Virus record (IMG/VR): IMGVR_UViG_3300026187_000089
Location: 1-24,086 of that record
Strand: one strand, 5' to 3'
Source of the DNA: a virus
Lineage: Duplodnaviria > Caudoviricetes
Length of the DNA stretch: 24,086 nt
The position numbers were made by a program, and so were the translations under genes. The notes under the pieces are model-generated. The model did not search any database. It had not been told where the DNA came from and saw only the letters and a list, made by a program, of their open reading frames with translations. Shown here one piece after another: positions 1 to 8,492 of the stretch (its first letter is position 1; the number at the start of each line of letters is the position of its first letter).

Positions 1-384
1 TTTGGTGAGGGTAGGGTGCTTGCCGTCAATCACCGTGATAGACTCCATCACGGCATTATAGACAGCCCTGTCTTGACACCACTTCTCAGTACGATCAATC
101 AACCACTCAAGGTTCTCGGCTTCTGGCGTGAAGATATTGGGCAGGATCTCAACAGCGTGACGATACTGTTCTTCATTCAGCCGATCACCCTCATCAATCT
201 CAATCTTAAAAGATTCTTGAGTAGGTAGCTTATTGTACTTGGCGATGAACTTGGTGAATTCTTTGAATAAGTTTTGATAGACCCCTTGAAAGTATTCAGG
301 TGAAAGAAAAGCAGCAACCTTCCGAGCGTATTCATCATTCGTCAGAAGGTTGCGTAAGATCGTTTGTTCAAGATTGATTTCCAT
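1..384 (-). CDS. 41: T4-like gp41 replicative DNA helicase, N-terminal 128 aa (runs off the window)
   Basis: Not in the ORF track. Manual translation from ATG 384 gives MEINLEQTILRNLLTNDEYARKV...WLIDRTEKWCQDRAVYNAVMESITVIDGK, open to position 1. This matches the T4-like gp41 N-terminus, and the gene lies downstream of uvsX as in T4. Confidence 0.9.
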   Translation of the reverse strand, partial: MEINLEQTILRNLLTNDEYARKVAAFLSPEYFQGVYQNLFKEFTKFIAKYNKLPTQESFKIEIDEGDRLNEEQYRHAVEILPNIFTPEAENLEWLIDRTEKWCQDRAVYNAVMESITVIDGKHPTLTK

Positions 385-697
385 TCCTATCCTCAGTGAT
401 TAACCATCCTTCTGCATGAGCAGTCTCTAAAATATCCTCAAGAATGTCAGCAGCAAACTCTTGCAACTCAACATTATCAGAAGTCAATTCTTCATCAGGA
501 GAGTATATCACAGTGAAATTAAAAGTCAAGCAGTCCCGAGTACCATCAAACGAAACATTGCCGTAACGAATGATGGACTCAGTAAACTGCCCACGAAGAA
601 TGCGAATCTGCCACGCTTGATCGTTCTCAGCTTCCTCAACAGGAATCATCTGGTAATCAATGTGTTCGCATACCTTGTCTAGATTAACCGTCTTCAT
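368..697 (-). CDS. Hypothetical protein, probable gp40-like head-assembly chaperone
   Basis: 109-aa acidic ORF overlapping both neighbours. It occupies the uvsX-40-41 slot of T4. The identity is inferred mainly from synteny and size. Confidence 0.55.
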   Translation of the reverse strand: MKTVNLDKVCEHIDYQMIPVEEAENDQAWQIRILRGQFTESIIRYGNVSFDGTRDCLTFNFTVIYSPDEELTSDNVELQEFAADILEDILETAHAEGWLITEDRNGNQS

Positions 698-1742
698 CTT
701 GCTCTACAATAGAATCGGGATCGACTTGAGTGGGCAGACCAATCTGAAACTGCTTCTTTACAAATTCCGGAAAATCGGACCCTTGGAGAATCGGTTGCCA
801 GAATTCCTCATCAAGGGTATCTGCTTGACGAACTTTAGGTCCGACCAGTTCCCCAGTACTCGTATCAACTCGCTGGTACCAACCAACAGAAGGCTTAGCA
901 ACATAATTGCCAGCAAGAGCAACGTCCAGAAGCCCACTAAAACGCTGCACACCGCCCTCCCAAGAAACTGAAATAGGAATTTTAGATTTCTCTTTAACAT
1001 AACGAGATTTCTCCACATTAATCACGAAATGATAACCCTTGATCTCAGTTCCCACTTTGTCTTGCTGACGACCCAAAATCCAGATGTTATCTGCCGAATA
1101 GTAAATGCCCGTACCACCACCGACAATATCTTTCGGGAACAGACCAATCTCTTTGTATGTGTGATTCACTGCTAGCATCGGAATGTTCTTCATTGCAAGA
1201 TAAGGAGTTGCCATACGGAACAACCCTTTGAGTGCCTTAGCCCGAGACATATCTGCAACAGACTTCTCACTCATGGCATCTTCAAGTTCTTTCTTTGACG
1301 CCAAGTTACCGATAGAGTCAATCACGATAATGACATCATCATCACGCTCAAGGTTCTCTAGCTGGTTGATTAGATCAAACTTCAGTTCTTCTACATTCGT
1401 AATAGGAGTATGCAGAACCCTAGAAGTGTCAATTCCAAACTGTTCAAAATAAGACTGGGGTGAACCAAACTCTGAATCATAGAATAAGAGTACAGCATCT
1501 TTCTTTGCCTCCAGATATGCTCCTGCCATCAACAGAGCAAAAGAAGTTTTAAAATGTTTGGACGGTCCAGCAAGAACAGTCAAACCCGGAGTAACGCCAC
1601 CGTCAAAAGAACCCGACAGTGCCACATTTACCATAGGCACATTTGTCGGGACCATATCTTTCTCAGTGAAGAATTTACTCTCAGACAGAACTTCCGTTGT
1701 CTTGAGTTTGCTGTTCTTCTTCAGTTTGTCCATTATGCTCAT
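684..1742 (-). CDS. uvsX: UvsX RecA-like recombinase
   Basis: Walker A-like AGPSKHFKT, YDSEFG, IDSIGNLASKKE and GGGTGIYYSAD motifs. Start re-called to ATG 1742 (MSIMDKLKK) behind GGAG at 1749-1752. Confidence 0.97.
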   Translation of the reverse strand: MSIMDKLKKNSKLKTTEVLSESKFFTEKDMVPTNVPMVNVALSGSFDGGVTPGLTVLAGPSKHFKTSFALLMAGAYLEAKKDAVLLFYDSEFGSPQSYFEQFGIDTSRVLHTPITNVEELKFDLINQLENLERDDDVIIVIDSIGNLASKKELEDAMSEKSVADMSRAKALKGLFRMATPYLAMKNIPMLAVNHTYKEIGLFPKDIVGGGTGIYYSADNIWILGRQQDKVGTEIKGYHFVINVEKSRYVKEKSKIPISVSWEGGVQRFSGLLDVALAGNYVAKPSVGWYQRVDTSTGELVGPKVRQADTLDEEFWQPILQGSDFPEFVKKQFQIGLPTQVDPDSIVEQDEDG

Positions 1743-2691
1743 CTTTTTCTCCAAATGTAATATTATTTACTTTCTCACGTTCATCTACTTCATAATCTTT
1801 TCGATATCGATTATTGATTTCAATGACCTTTTCTAAAAGATCAAATGATACAGTAGAACCGTCTCGACCTTCAGCTTCTGAAAACTTTAAGAAAGCAGAG
1901 ATATCTTTAGGTAAACAAGCTCCTCCATATCCTCGTTTCATATCATAGCCAGGAACCCGAGTATGACCAATACCTATACGGGGATCTCTCCCTACAGTTC
2001 TAGAGATTACATTATAACTACAAGCTTGATAATTTACAAGATCATATAACTGATTAAAGAATGTAAGTTTTAGTGCAAGATAAGAATTAATCGCATACTT
2101 TACAAAGGATGCTTCTTGCGGAGACATGATAACAAAGTCATCGCTTCTACAAATACTAAAAAAGTTGTAAATATTACCAAGTTTATGACATGCATCTGGA
2201 TGACCACCAAGGACATGAAACTCTGCATTTACAAAATCTTCACAAGCAGACTTTTCTGTCAAAAACTCAGGATTGTAGATAAAACGAATAAGAGAATCAT
2301 CAAATACAGAATTCAAAATTCGATCTATCACATCCGGAGTAATTGTTGATTTTACTACAACAAGACTATCAGTATGCTCTAGTAATTTCAATACGGCATC
2401 TTCTACAATAGATGCATCTACAAATCCACTATCTGGATTCATAGGCGTCGGTGCGCAGATAAATGTACACTCTGGATTAAAATCCAATAGCTGATCAATC
2501 GTGGTATCGTACTTTGGGTCTACAATAAAAGTTTCGATCAAAGGATTATGAAAAGCATAAGAAACTGCTTTACCAACAAATCCATGACCAACAATACCTA
2601 AGCGAAAAGGATTCGCTTCAGACACAGTATTGTTTTCTCTCTTCTGCTCAGGTTCTGCAGGAGGAACATACTTTTCAAAATCATCTGCCAT
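1681..2691 (-). CDS. ugd: UDP-glucose/GDP-mannose 6-dehydrogenase family protein (no C-terminal UDP-binding domain)
   Basis: GHGFVG Rossmann motif, ICAPTP, KSTITP, YNPEFLTE, VKYAINSYLALKLTFFN, DPRIG and catalytic GYGGACLPKD. Start re-called to ATG 2691, a TAATG overlap with the upstream stop. Confidence 0.9.
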   Translation of the reverse strand: MADDFEKYVPPAEPEQKRENNTVSEANPFRLGIVGHGFVGKAVSYAFHNPLIETFIVDPKYDTTIDQLLDFNPECTFICAPTPMNPDSGFVDASIVEDAVLKLLEHTDSLVVVKSTITPDVIDRILNSVFDDSLIRFIYNPEFLTEKSACEDFVNAEFHVLGGHPDACHKLGNIYNFFSICRSDDFVIMSPQEASFVKYAINSYLALKLTFFNQLYDLVNYQACSYNVISRTVGRDPRIGIGHTRVPGYDMKRGYGGACLPKDISAFLKFSEAEGRDGSTVSFDLLEKVIEINNRYRKDYEVDEREKVNNITFGEKDEHNGQTEEEQQTQDNGSSV

Positions 2692-3638
2692 TAGTTTACT
2701 CCGTGATACCAACGATACCAATCGAAAAAGTTTTTAATACCTTCTTTTACATCTACCTTAGGCTCATAACCAAGTGCAGCAAGCTTGCTTACATCACTCC
2801 ATGTTTCTAGAGTATCTGCAGGGTGCTTGGGTGCAAGCTTGATCTTTGCTTCACGACCACAGTTCTTCTCAATCTCACGAACAAAGTCCATCAGATCAAC
2901 TTGCTTGCCATTACCGATATTGAAAATCTCACCGGGTGCAATATCTTTGTTTTGAAGAACAATCATTATGCCATCAAGAATGTCTTCAACATAGGTAAAG
3001 TCTCGCTTCATCTTGCCATAATTATACACTTCAATCTCTTCGCCGTCAAGTATTTTCTTCGTGAAGTTGAAGAGTGCCATGTCAGGTCGACCCCAGGGAC
3101 CATAGACAGTGAAGAATCGAAAGCCTGTAGTATTCAGACCAGAGCCAACAAACTGACATTCGTTTGCTCGCTTTGTCCAACCGTATGCATTCAACTGCAT
3201 ACCTACAACACGATCTTCACGCCAGGGCACAGGAGAGCCTGCATAGATGCATGAGGTAGACGCATAGACAATACGAGTATCAGGCAAGTGCTTACGACAC
3301 GCATTGATCAGATTCTGAGTTCCGTCGATATTGTTTCCGTGATACTCTAGTTCTCGACCATACGAGTCTCGCACACCTGCATGCGCAGCCAGATGAACAA
3401 TGATCTCAGGCTTGAAAGCGACAAGTTCTTTCTCCAGAGCATCATAGTCTCTCAAGTCTACCACATTGAGATTCAGACGAAACTCTTGGACTCGTGCAAC
3501 CTTGAGGATTGGGTCATAGAGGTGGCTGTTCATATTGTCTAGACCCAGAACTTCTGAGCCAGACTGAATCAGCCTATTGCACAACTGAGAGCCAATAAAC
3601 CCTGCAGCACCTGTAACTAAAATCTTTGTATGTTTCAT
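2691..3638 (-). CDS. NAD-dependent epimerase, UDP-glucuronate 4-epimerase-like (extended SDR)
   Basis: TGAAGFIG, HLAAHAGVR, YASTS, YxxxK (YGWTK), RFFTVYGPWGRPDMA and RDFTYVEDI motifs. Confidence 0.9.
   Translation of the reverse strand: MKHTKILVTGAAGFIGSQLCNRLIQSGSEVLGLDNMNSHLYDPILKVARVQEFRLNLNVVDLRDYDALEKELVAFKPEIIVHLAAHAGVRDSYGRELEYHGNNIDGTQNLINACRKHLPDTRIVYASTSCIYAGSPVPWREDRVVGMQLNAYGWTKRANECQFVGSGLNTTGFRFFTVYGPWGRPDMALFNFTKKILDGEEIEVYNYGKMKRDFTYVEDILDGIMIVLQNKDIAPGEIFNIGNGKQVDLMDFVREIEKNCGREAKIKLAPKHPADTLETWSDVSKLAALGYEPKVDVKEGIKNFFDWYRWYHGVN
3021..3049 (-). promoter_or_regulatory. sigma70-type promoter inside the epimerase CDS
   Basis: Minus strand TTGACG (3049-3044), 17 nt, TATAAT (3026-3021). 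Lies about 330 nt upstream of the ugd start. Confidence 0.55.
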
Positions 3639-4591
3639 TATCCGTTCCTGTAAATATATTCTAACGCTCGGTCTGCTTCTTTATCAAGAGGTCGGTTATT
3701 ATACCAGTTTCCTGTGTCTTTGTCAAATTGTCTGCATAGTTCAGCAATTTGAATTGCAGTGATAGGGTATCCATTCTTTACAGCATTACCAGCAAGAGCG
3801 ACCATAATCTGATACATCTTATGATACCAGCCAGTGCCATTAATCTGTTGATACTCGACTGCTAGCATTCTCGGCCAATACGGACAGTCTTGATACGATG
3901 ACCACCGAATACTGGTATTATGTAGGGATTTTTTACGATGCTCTACAACAGCTTTTTGCAGTTCATGCGGCAGTCTGTCTAGAAAAGAATTCCCAGTACG
4001 CTCAGTGTAAGGATGCTTATCAAGTAGGGAATCAACGGCAATAGGATCACCATGATTACGAAAAATAAAGTTGTGAGCATTAGGGTATATCGCAGGTACG
4101 TAATACATGCGGCTAAGGTCTTTAGTTTGTTTATCTCCAATATCGTCAAGTTCCGTATTGAGTGCGTGCCAGAAATGTCGGATTCTATCCGCTCCAACAT
4201 GTTGGTCAAGACGAAAGACGAGTCTGAACTTTGGTGCATCAACCTTGCTACTAGCAGTACTGTAGCAGATATAATCATAAGACCCAAAACGAAGGTTAAT
4301 ATCATCTTTTACCGTTAGCCCCAACCCAGAAACTGGATTATCCAAACTGTAATCATCGACATCAACAGCAGCCCAACCACCCCAACGAACAACATTTTGA
4401 TTAGACCGAGTAGTACCCTTGGTATAAACAGCAGGAGAAATGAGAGGACTACTATTGTTGCCACCACCTTTTTGACCTCGCTTTTGAGACAGTCCAAACA
4501 ACAAGTCAACAAAATCTTGCCAATCATCGAAGCTCATGATCCGATGAGTCTTGTTGTCAAACTGATTCTTGAATATAGTTAATTCATACAT
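3638..4591 (-). CDS. AEP-superfamily primase-polymerase-like protein with a PriCT-like C-terminal helical domain
   Basis: Acidic motif I AAVDVDD, motif II region YSTASS...PKFRLVFRL, motif III region GDKQTKDLSRMYYVP, and a helical tail ending RPLDKEADRAL. Start re-called to ATG 4591 (MYELTIF). Confidence 0.65.
   Translation of the reverse strand: MYELTIFKNQFDNKTHRIMSFDDWQDFVDLLFGLSQKRGQKGGGNNSSPLISPAVYTKGTTRSNQNVVRWGGWAAVDVDDYSLDNPVSGLGLTVKDDINLRFGSYDYICYSTASSKVDAPKFRLVFRLDQHVGADRIRHFWHALNTELDDIGDKQTKDLSRMYYVPAIYPNAHNFIFRNHGDPIAVDSLLDKHPYTERTGNSFLDRLPHELQKAVVEHRKKSLHNTSIRWSSYQDCPYWPRMLAVEYQQINGTGWYHKMYQIMVALAGNAVKNGYPITAIQIAELCRQFDKDTGNWYNNRPLDKEADRALEYIYRNG
3698..3726 (-). promoter_or_regulatory. 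Consensus sigma70 promoter in the 3' end of the primase-like CDS, driving epimerase/ugd
   Basis: TTGACA (3726-3721), 17 nt, TATAAT (3703-3698), with an extended -10 TGn. Lies about 60 nt upstream of the epimerase ATG. Confidence 0.8.
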
Positions 4592-5051
4592 ATCGAATGG
4601 TTTTTTCACAGGGGACAAGTTCTATACCAGCAATCTCATATTGTTCTTTCCAAGTCTTGTCTTTGTATTGATCACAGTTTTGAATTTGAGACAAACGATG
4701 ATTCTCTTCGGGCGATACATGATGGCAAGCAGATGTTTTGTAGAGAAACTGGCACATTTCTTCAAATGTTGCCCCATCACGAACCATAGTGATAAGTTCA
4801 ACGGCAGTTCTCTGCCTTGAGTGATAATGTTCATTGGTCTTTTTGAGACGAGTATTCCGCTTCCACTCACCTTCATCAAAGATGCAGAGAGACTTAGAAG
4901 TGAAACCACTGTGTCTTTTTGTAAGTTCGTATACGAAACTACCTAATAGTCTAGCGAGATATCCTTGATTAAGATGAGTAGTGTCACCACTAGAAACCAC
5001 ATGCCAAATCACACTACATTTTTCTAAATTATGACCTTGAAAAGGATTCAT
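4584..5051 (-). CDS. Hypothetical protein, possible His-Me finger (HNH-like) fold
   Basis: 155 aa, ATGA-coupled to the gp43 stop. The EHYHSRQ...[11 protein letters not shown] spacing recalls beta-beta-alpha-metal motifs. Confidence 0.5.
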   Translation of the reverse strand: MNPFQGHNLEKCSVIWHVVSSGDTTHLNQGYLARLLGSFVYELTKRHSGFTSKSLCIFDEGEWKRNTRLKKTNEHYHSRQRTAVELITMVRDGATFEEMCQFLYKTSACHHVSPEENHRLSQIQNCDQYKDKTWKEQYEIAGIELVPCEKTIRYV

Positions 5052-7543
5052 CCGAAAAAGTCCTCTAGAGACGCCTTTGGTTCATCTTCCCACCCAACTG
5101 CATCCAGGATTGGTCGCAGAGGATCCAGGAATGTTTTGTCATACATCTTATTATAGTCAATAAAGTGGTGTAAGTCAAGCTCTTTTGGTAAAGAAAGTGG
5201 ATAAGAGATGACATTTTCATTCAGACGATTGGGCACCTTCAGATAGACAAACTTGATCTTCTCTCCGTTCTTGATAATCTCATAGCGGCGATCTAATCCA
5301 TTGTCCTTGATTGCTTTGTTATAAACCAAAGCTCCTCTCACATGGATGGGACAGCCCTTCTTATACACCGTCCTAGGATCAGACCACTTAATGATCTCAG
5401 AGACTCCACGAGGAAAAGAAATATCTTCTGGAGGTAAGGAAGAGAACTCGCTACGGAATTCCCGAATGAATTTCTGAGTCTCCTGCTCAGTACCACCAAC
5501 AAGAATTCGAAACACATCCTGAAAACGATCTCGGACGATCTGAGGTGTAGAAGACTTCACGGCTTCAATACCCATAATCTTCAACTTAGGCTTATCATAC
5601 TGGACGCCTTCGTTGTTATGAACATTCAGAATGTATCGCTTCTTGGCAACCCAGATACCCCGGTCTGCGATAACCTCCCGCCCCATTTCCATACGATTGT
5701 CATAGGATGAAGTAACTCGTGCAAGCTCTGCATAAGACTTCTCTAAGACTTTCTCAAAATGTTCTGAACATATCTTGTCCAGAAATTTCACGGGGTCCTT
5801 CGGATTAAACTTCTTGACGAGATCGTTCATCCGAATGTATAAGGAGTCAGTGTCAATCGCAACAACGTAGTCATCGTCTGTCTTAAGGAGTTTATTCATC
5901 TCCTCGTTAACGGCACGTTGCGCCCACTTGATTGACAACTGACCCGCAAGCGTGATGGACTCAGCAACTCTCTGGTCAAAGTAACGAAACCATCGATTGC
6001 CCAGCGCACCATAAAGCGAGTTCATCAGAATCTTGATTGCCATCTGTTGGTTATCTAGGGAAGCAATCTTATTCTCAAGTTCCTTTGTCTTCTCTTTCTC
6101 AAAGATTTGCTTAGCCGTAAGCATCTCTTTCTTAATGACTCGACGCTCATCATAGTACTGCTTGATGACACTAGGAATTACTCCTTCCTTTTCATGCGAG
6201 AACCTAACTCCCGTAGGAGCAATAGAGAAAGGTAATCCGAGTCCCCCAGGTTTAACTTCTCCTTTCAGATATGATTGGACTGATACATTTTCGTAGATTC
6301 CGTCAATGACAGTCTCAGGAGACATGTTGTATTGCACGATAATGTTTGGATAGAGAGAGTTGAGGTCAAAAGACACAACCCAATCATGCGAGCCAACTTG
6401 GGGCTCCTTTACATATCCCCCAGGATACTGAGTCTTGGCTTTCTCTACTTTCTGAGGACAAGCAATCTTTCGCTGATTCAGAACCCGATAGATGATAGAG
6501 TCCCAGATGTTTGTGGTGCCCAAAGTATCTGTATAGTTGACACCACCACGATACGCCATAGTCAATACAAGAGAGATAAGATCAAGCTTCTCGTCAAGCC
6601 GCTCGACAAGCTCAACATCTTTGATATTATAATCAATGAATTTTTGAAAGTCATGCTTGTACAGAGCGTGAAGAGAGCCATGCTCATCATACGATAGCTT
6701 TCTTTCTCCTAGAACAACATTTGCAATATGATCAAGGCGATAGGACTCTTGCTGCCCTAACGTGTTCAGAGTAAACTTACGAAAGATATCCAGATAGTCT
6801 AACTGCTCAATGCCGACAACATCATAGTATTTCTCCTCACGGCCATTCATACCAGAGGCTTTCCGCTCACGCAGAATACCCCAGGGCGACAGCTTCTTGG
6901 CAGTATCGTTACCAATCACCTTGGTGATACGATTGACCAGATAGGGAATATCAAATAGTTTGGTGTTCCAGCCCGTCACGATGTCGGGATGACGATGCGC
7001 CCAGGCTTGAGTAAACTTCATCAGCAGTTCAGTCTCAGTGGTGCATCGCTCGTAGATCACATCAGAATTCTTGACATCATATTCATACAGACCCCAAACA
7101 CGATAGGGACCTGTCGGCGTTTTCATAGTGATAGCAATAACAGGATGATCAGCTACATTAGGCTCTGGAAAGCCTTCGTCTGATGCGACCTCAATATCAA
7201 TCGTGCAGACATCAATCCACTCACGATTAAAAGAAATTTTGTCTGGCATCATCTCAGTAATATACTGATAGACATAGTTGTTCATGCCAAAGACTTTGAA
7301 GTTCTGAACACCTTCGTATCGGGCAATGAAGTCTTGTGTCTCCGACATAGAGTCAAACTTCACAGGCTCTACAGGAGTACCGTCTAGACCTTTCCAGGTG
7401 GTTTGATTCGTATTCGACTGGACATACATCGTGGGCTTGAAGGGAATCTTGGACTGCAGGCGCTTGCCGTCAGCCCGGTAGCCACGCATCAAGATATTAT
7501 TACCTTGACGGGCGACAGAGGTATAGAAGTTCATTTGATTCAT
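5048..7543 (-). CDS. 43: gp43 family B DNA polymerase
   Basis: ExoI TIDIEV, Exo[14 protein letters not shown], ExoIII YNIKDV, and polymerase motifs [18 protein letters not shown] and AIDTDS. Uninterrupted 831 aa with a GGAG RBS. Confidence 0.98.
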   Translation of the reverse strand: MNQMNFYTSVARQGNNILMRGYRADGKRLQSKIPFKPTMYVQSNTNQTTWKGLDGTPVEPVKFDSMSETQDFIARYEGVQNFKVFGMNNYVYQYITEMMPDKISFNREWIDVCTIDIEVASDEGFPEPNVADHPVIAITMKTPTGPYRVWGLYEYDVKNSDVIYERCTTETELLMKFTQAWAHRHPDIVTGWNTKLFDIPYLVNRITKVIGNDTAKKLSPWGILRERKASGMNGREEKYYDVVGIEQLDYLDIFRKFTLNTLGQQESYRLDHIANVVLGERKLSYDEHGSLHALYKHDFQKFIDYNIKDVELVERLDEKLDLISLVLTMAYRGGVNYTDTLGTTNIWDSIIYRVLNQRKIACPQKVEKAKTQYPGGYVKEPQVGSHDWVVSFDLNSLYPNIIVQYNMSPETVIDGIYENVSVQSYLKGEVKPGGLGLPFSIAPTGVRFSHEKEGVIPSVIKQYYDERRVIKKEMLTAKQIFEKEKTKELENKIASLDNQQMAIKILMNSLYGALGNRWFRYFDQRVAESITLAGQLSIKWAQRAVNEEMNKLLKTDDDYVVAIDTDSLYIRMNDLVKKFNPKDPVKFLDKICSEHFEKVLEKSYAELARVTSSYDNRMEMGREVIADRGIWVAKKRYILNVHNNEGVQYDKPKLKIMGIEAVKSSTPQIVRDRFQDVFRILVGGTEQETQKFIREFRSEFSSLPPEDISFPRGVSEIIKWSDPRTVYKKGCPIHVRGALVYNKAIKDNGLDRRYEIIKNGEKIKFVYLKVPNRLNENVISYPLSLPKELDLHHFIDYNKMYDKTFLDPLRPILDAVGWEDEPKASLEDFFG
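5150..5178 (-). promoter_or_regulatory. sigma70-type promoter in the 3' end of gp43
   Basis: TTGACT (5178-5173), 17 nt, TATAAT (5155-5150). Lies about 100 nt upstream of the ORF starting at 5051. Confidence 0.7.
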
Positions 7544-7569
7544 GCATGCTCCATTTCAATATGACATAC

Positions 7570-7598
7570 ATTATACATGGCTCATCACGAAAAGTCAA
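7570..7598 (-). promoter_or_regulatory. sigma70-type promoter for gp43
   Basis: Intergenic TTGACT (7598-7593), 17 nt, TATAAT (7575-7570). Confidence 0.85.
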
Positions 7599-7600
7599 TA

Positions 7601-7620
7601 GGTGCCCCCGGAGGGGCACC
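7601..7620 (-). terminator. GC-rich hairpin after hsp20, probable intrinsic terminator or 3' stabiliser
   Basis: GGTGCCCC-TCCG-GGGGCACC is a perfect 8-bp stem 8 nt past the hsp20 stop. It is followed by TATTGACTTTT, an interrupted U-tract. Confidence 0.7.
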
Positions 7621-7628
7621 ATGATCCA

Positions 7629-8057
7629 TTACTGAATCGGGACGATCTTAGGTTTCTTCTCTTCAGGAAGTTCAACCTTCAGTAGTACATATAGGATGCC
7701 GTTCGTATAGGACGAACTAACGACAGTCACATGCTCATTGACTTTGAAGGACTTACGGAACTTCTTAGTAGAAATGCCCTTGTGAAGAAACTCACAGGGT
7801 TCGTCATCACGAGGGGACTGCTCACCAGAAATGTGGAGGTCAGTGCCGTGATGCTCAACCTTCAACTCGTCTTTCTCAAAACCCGCCAGTGCAAACTCTA
7901 GTTGATAGGTGTACTCGTCGTACTTGACTAGATTGTGCGGAGGGTAGTTTTGTTGGTTAGAGGGTTTGCTAAGTAGTTCCATATCACGAAGCAGGTTCTC
8001 AAAACCAACGAGGCGGGGAAGTGCCCCAGCAAAGGGCAAAAGATCATGGTTAGTCAT
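7629..8057 (-). CDS. hsp20: Small heat shock protein, Hsp20/IbpA family
   Basis: NYPPHNL, LEFALAGF, FLHKGIS..KF.KSF and NGILYV...LPEEKKP..VPI alpha-crystallin motifs. AAGGAG RBS. Confidence 0.95.
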   Translation of the reverse strand: MTNHDLLPFAGALPRLVGFENLLRDMELLSKPSNQQNYPPHNLVKYDEYTYQLEFALAGFEKDELKVEHHGTDLHISGEQSPRDDEPCEFLHKGISTKKFRKSFKVNEHVTVVSSSYTNGILYVLLKVELPEEKKPKIVPIQ

Positions 8058-8134
8058 GATTGTATCTCCTTAAGTTAAGCAAGATTAAAAGTGGACCAGC
8101 TAGGCTGCGTCCATGTTTATTTAGCTAAATAAAC
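8058..8134 (-). ncRNA. ROSE-like RNA thermometer in the hsp20 5' UTR (three hairpins)
   Basis: The SD-proximal stem AUCUU(G)CUU pairs with AAGGAGAU (8085-8064), carrying the UUGCU motif and a bulged G opposite the SD. Upstream hairpins lie at 8113-8092 and 8134-8115. Confidence 0.7.
8115..8134. promoter_or_regulatory. Perfect 20-bp palindrome carrying a T4-late-like CTAAATA box on both strands
   Basis: GTTTATTTAG/CTAAATAAAC sits between the divergent hsp20 and the plus-strand ORF. The T4 late consensus is TATAAATA. Confidence 0.6.
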
Positions 8135-8140
8135 GAGGGT

Positions 8141-8169
8141 ATTATACACTTTTTAGGATCTTTTGTCAA
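8141..8169 (-). promoter_or_regulatory. Consensus sigma70 promoter for hsp20
   Basis: TTGACA (8169-8164), 17 nt, TATAAT (8146-8141). Predicted start near 8134. Confidence 0.85.
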
Positions 8170-8492
8170 TGGCTACAATTACATATGATACAACTAGCAC
8201 ACCTTCTGATGGCGACGCACTGATATACGATTCAGCATCAGATAAAATGAAATGGGCATCTACAGGTTTTATCTCAGTTCTTTTCTCTGAATTTGGTGAC
8301 GCTGGTGGCGAATACACTTATGATTCTGCGGCTGTCGGCAGTTATATTTCAGGCTCCGGAGGCTCTGTTTCTGGAGGAGGATTCTCTGGTCAATCTTTAA
8401 CTTCAGGTAAAGTTTTTGGTCCTCTAGATGGAACGTCTCTTACAATCACCGGGGTTGAAGGTGATATTGTTATCGTTTCAAGACCTGCTTAG
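8169..8492 (+). CDS. Small Gly/Ser-rich protein, possibly virion- or fibre-associated
   Basis: The only credible plus-strand gene; it fills the gap between hsp20 and the cupin. ATG 8169 follows TAGGA. GDALIYDSASDKMKW resembles short repeats of phage fibre proteins, and a late-like box lies upstream. Confidence 0.7.
   Translation: MATITYDTTSTPSDGDALIYDSASDKMKWASTGFISVLFSEFGDAGGEYTYDSAAVGSYISGSGGSVSGGGFSGQSLTSGKVFGPLDGTSLTITGVEGDIVIVSRPA

Noticed and set aside
6626-6654. ATGACT-17-TATAAT in mid gp43, and similar weak matches at 2011-2039 (TTGTAA) and 20767-20795 (TTGAAG)
   Set aside because: The -35 boxes match only 4/6, and the -10 comes from ordinary Tyr-Asn codons. Not distinguishable from chance.
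5048-7543. Possible intron, intein or split in gp43; AIDTDS instead of YGDTDS
   Set aside because: The ORF is continuous with all motifs in order. Variation before DTDS is usual in marine T4-like polymerases.
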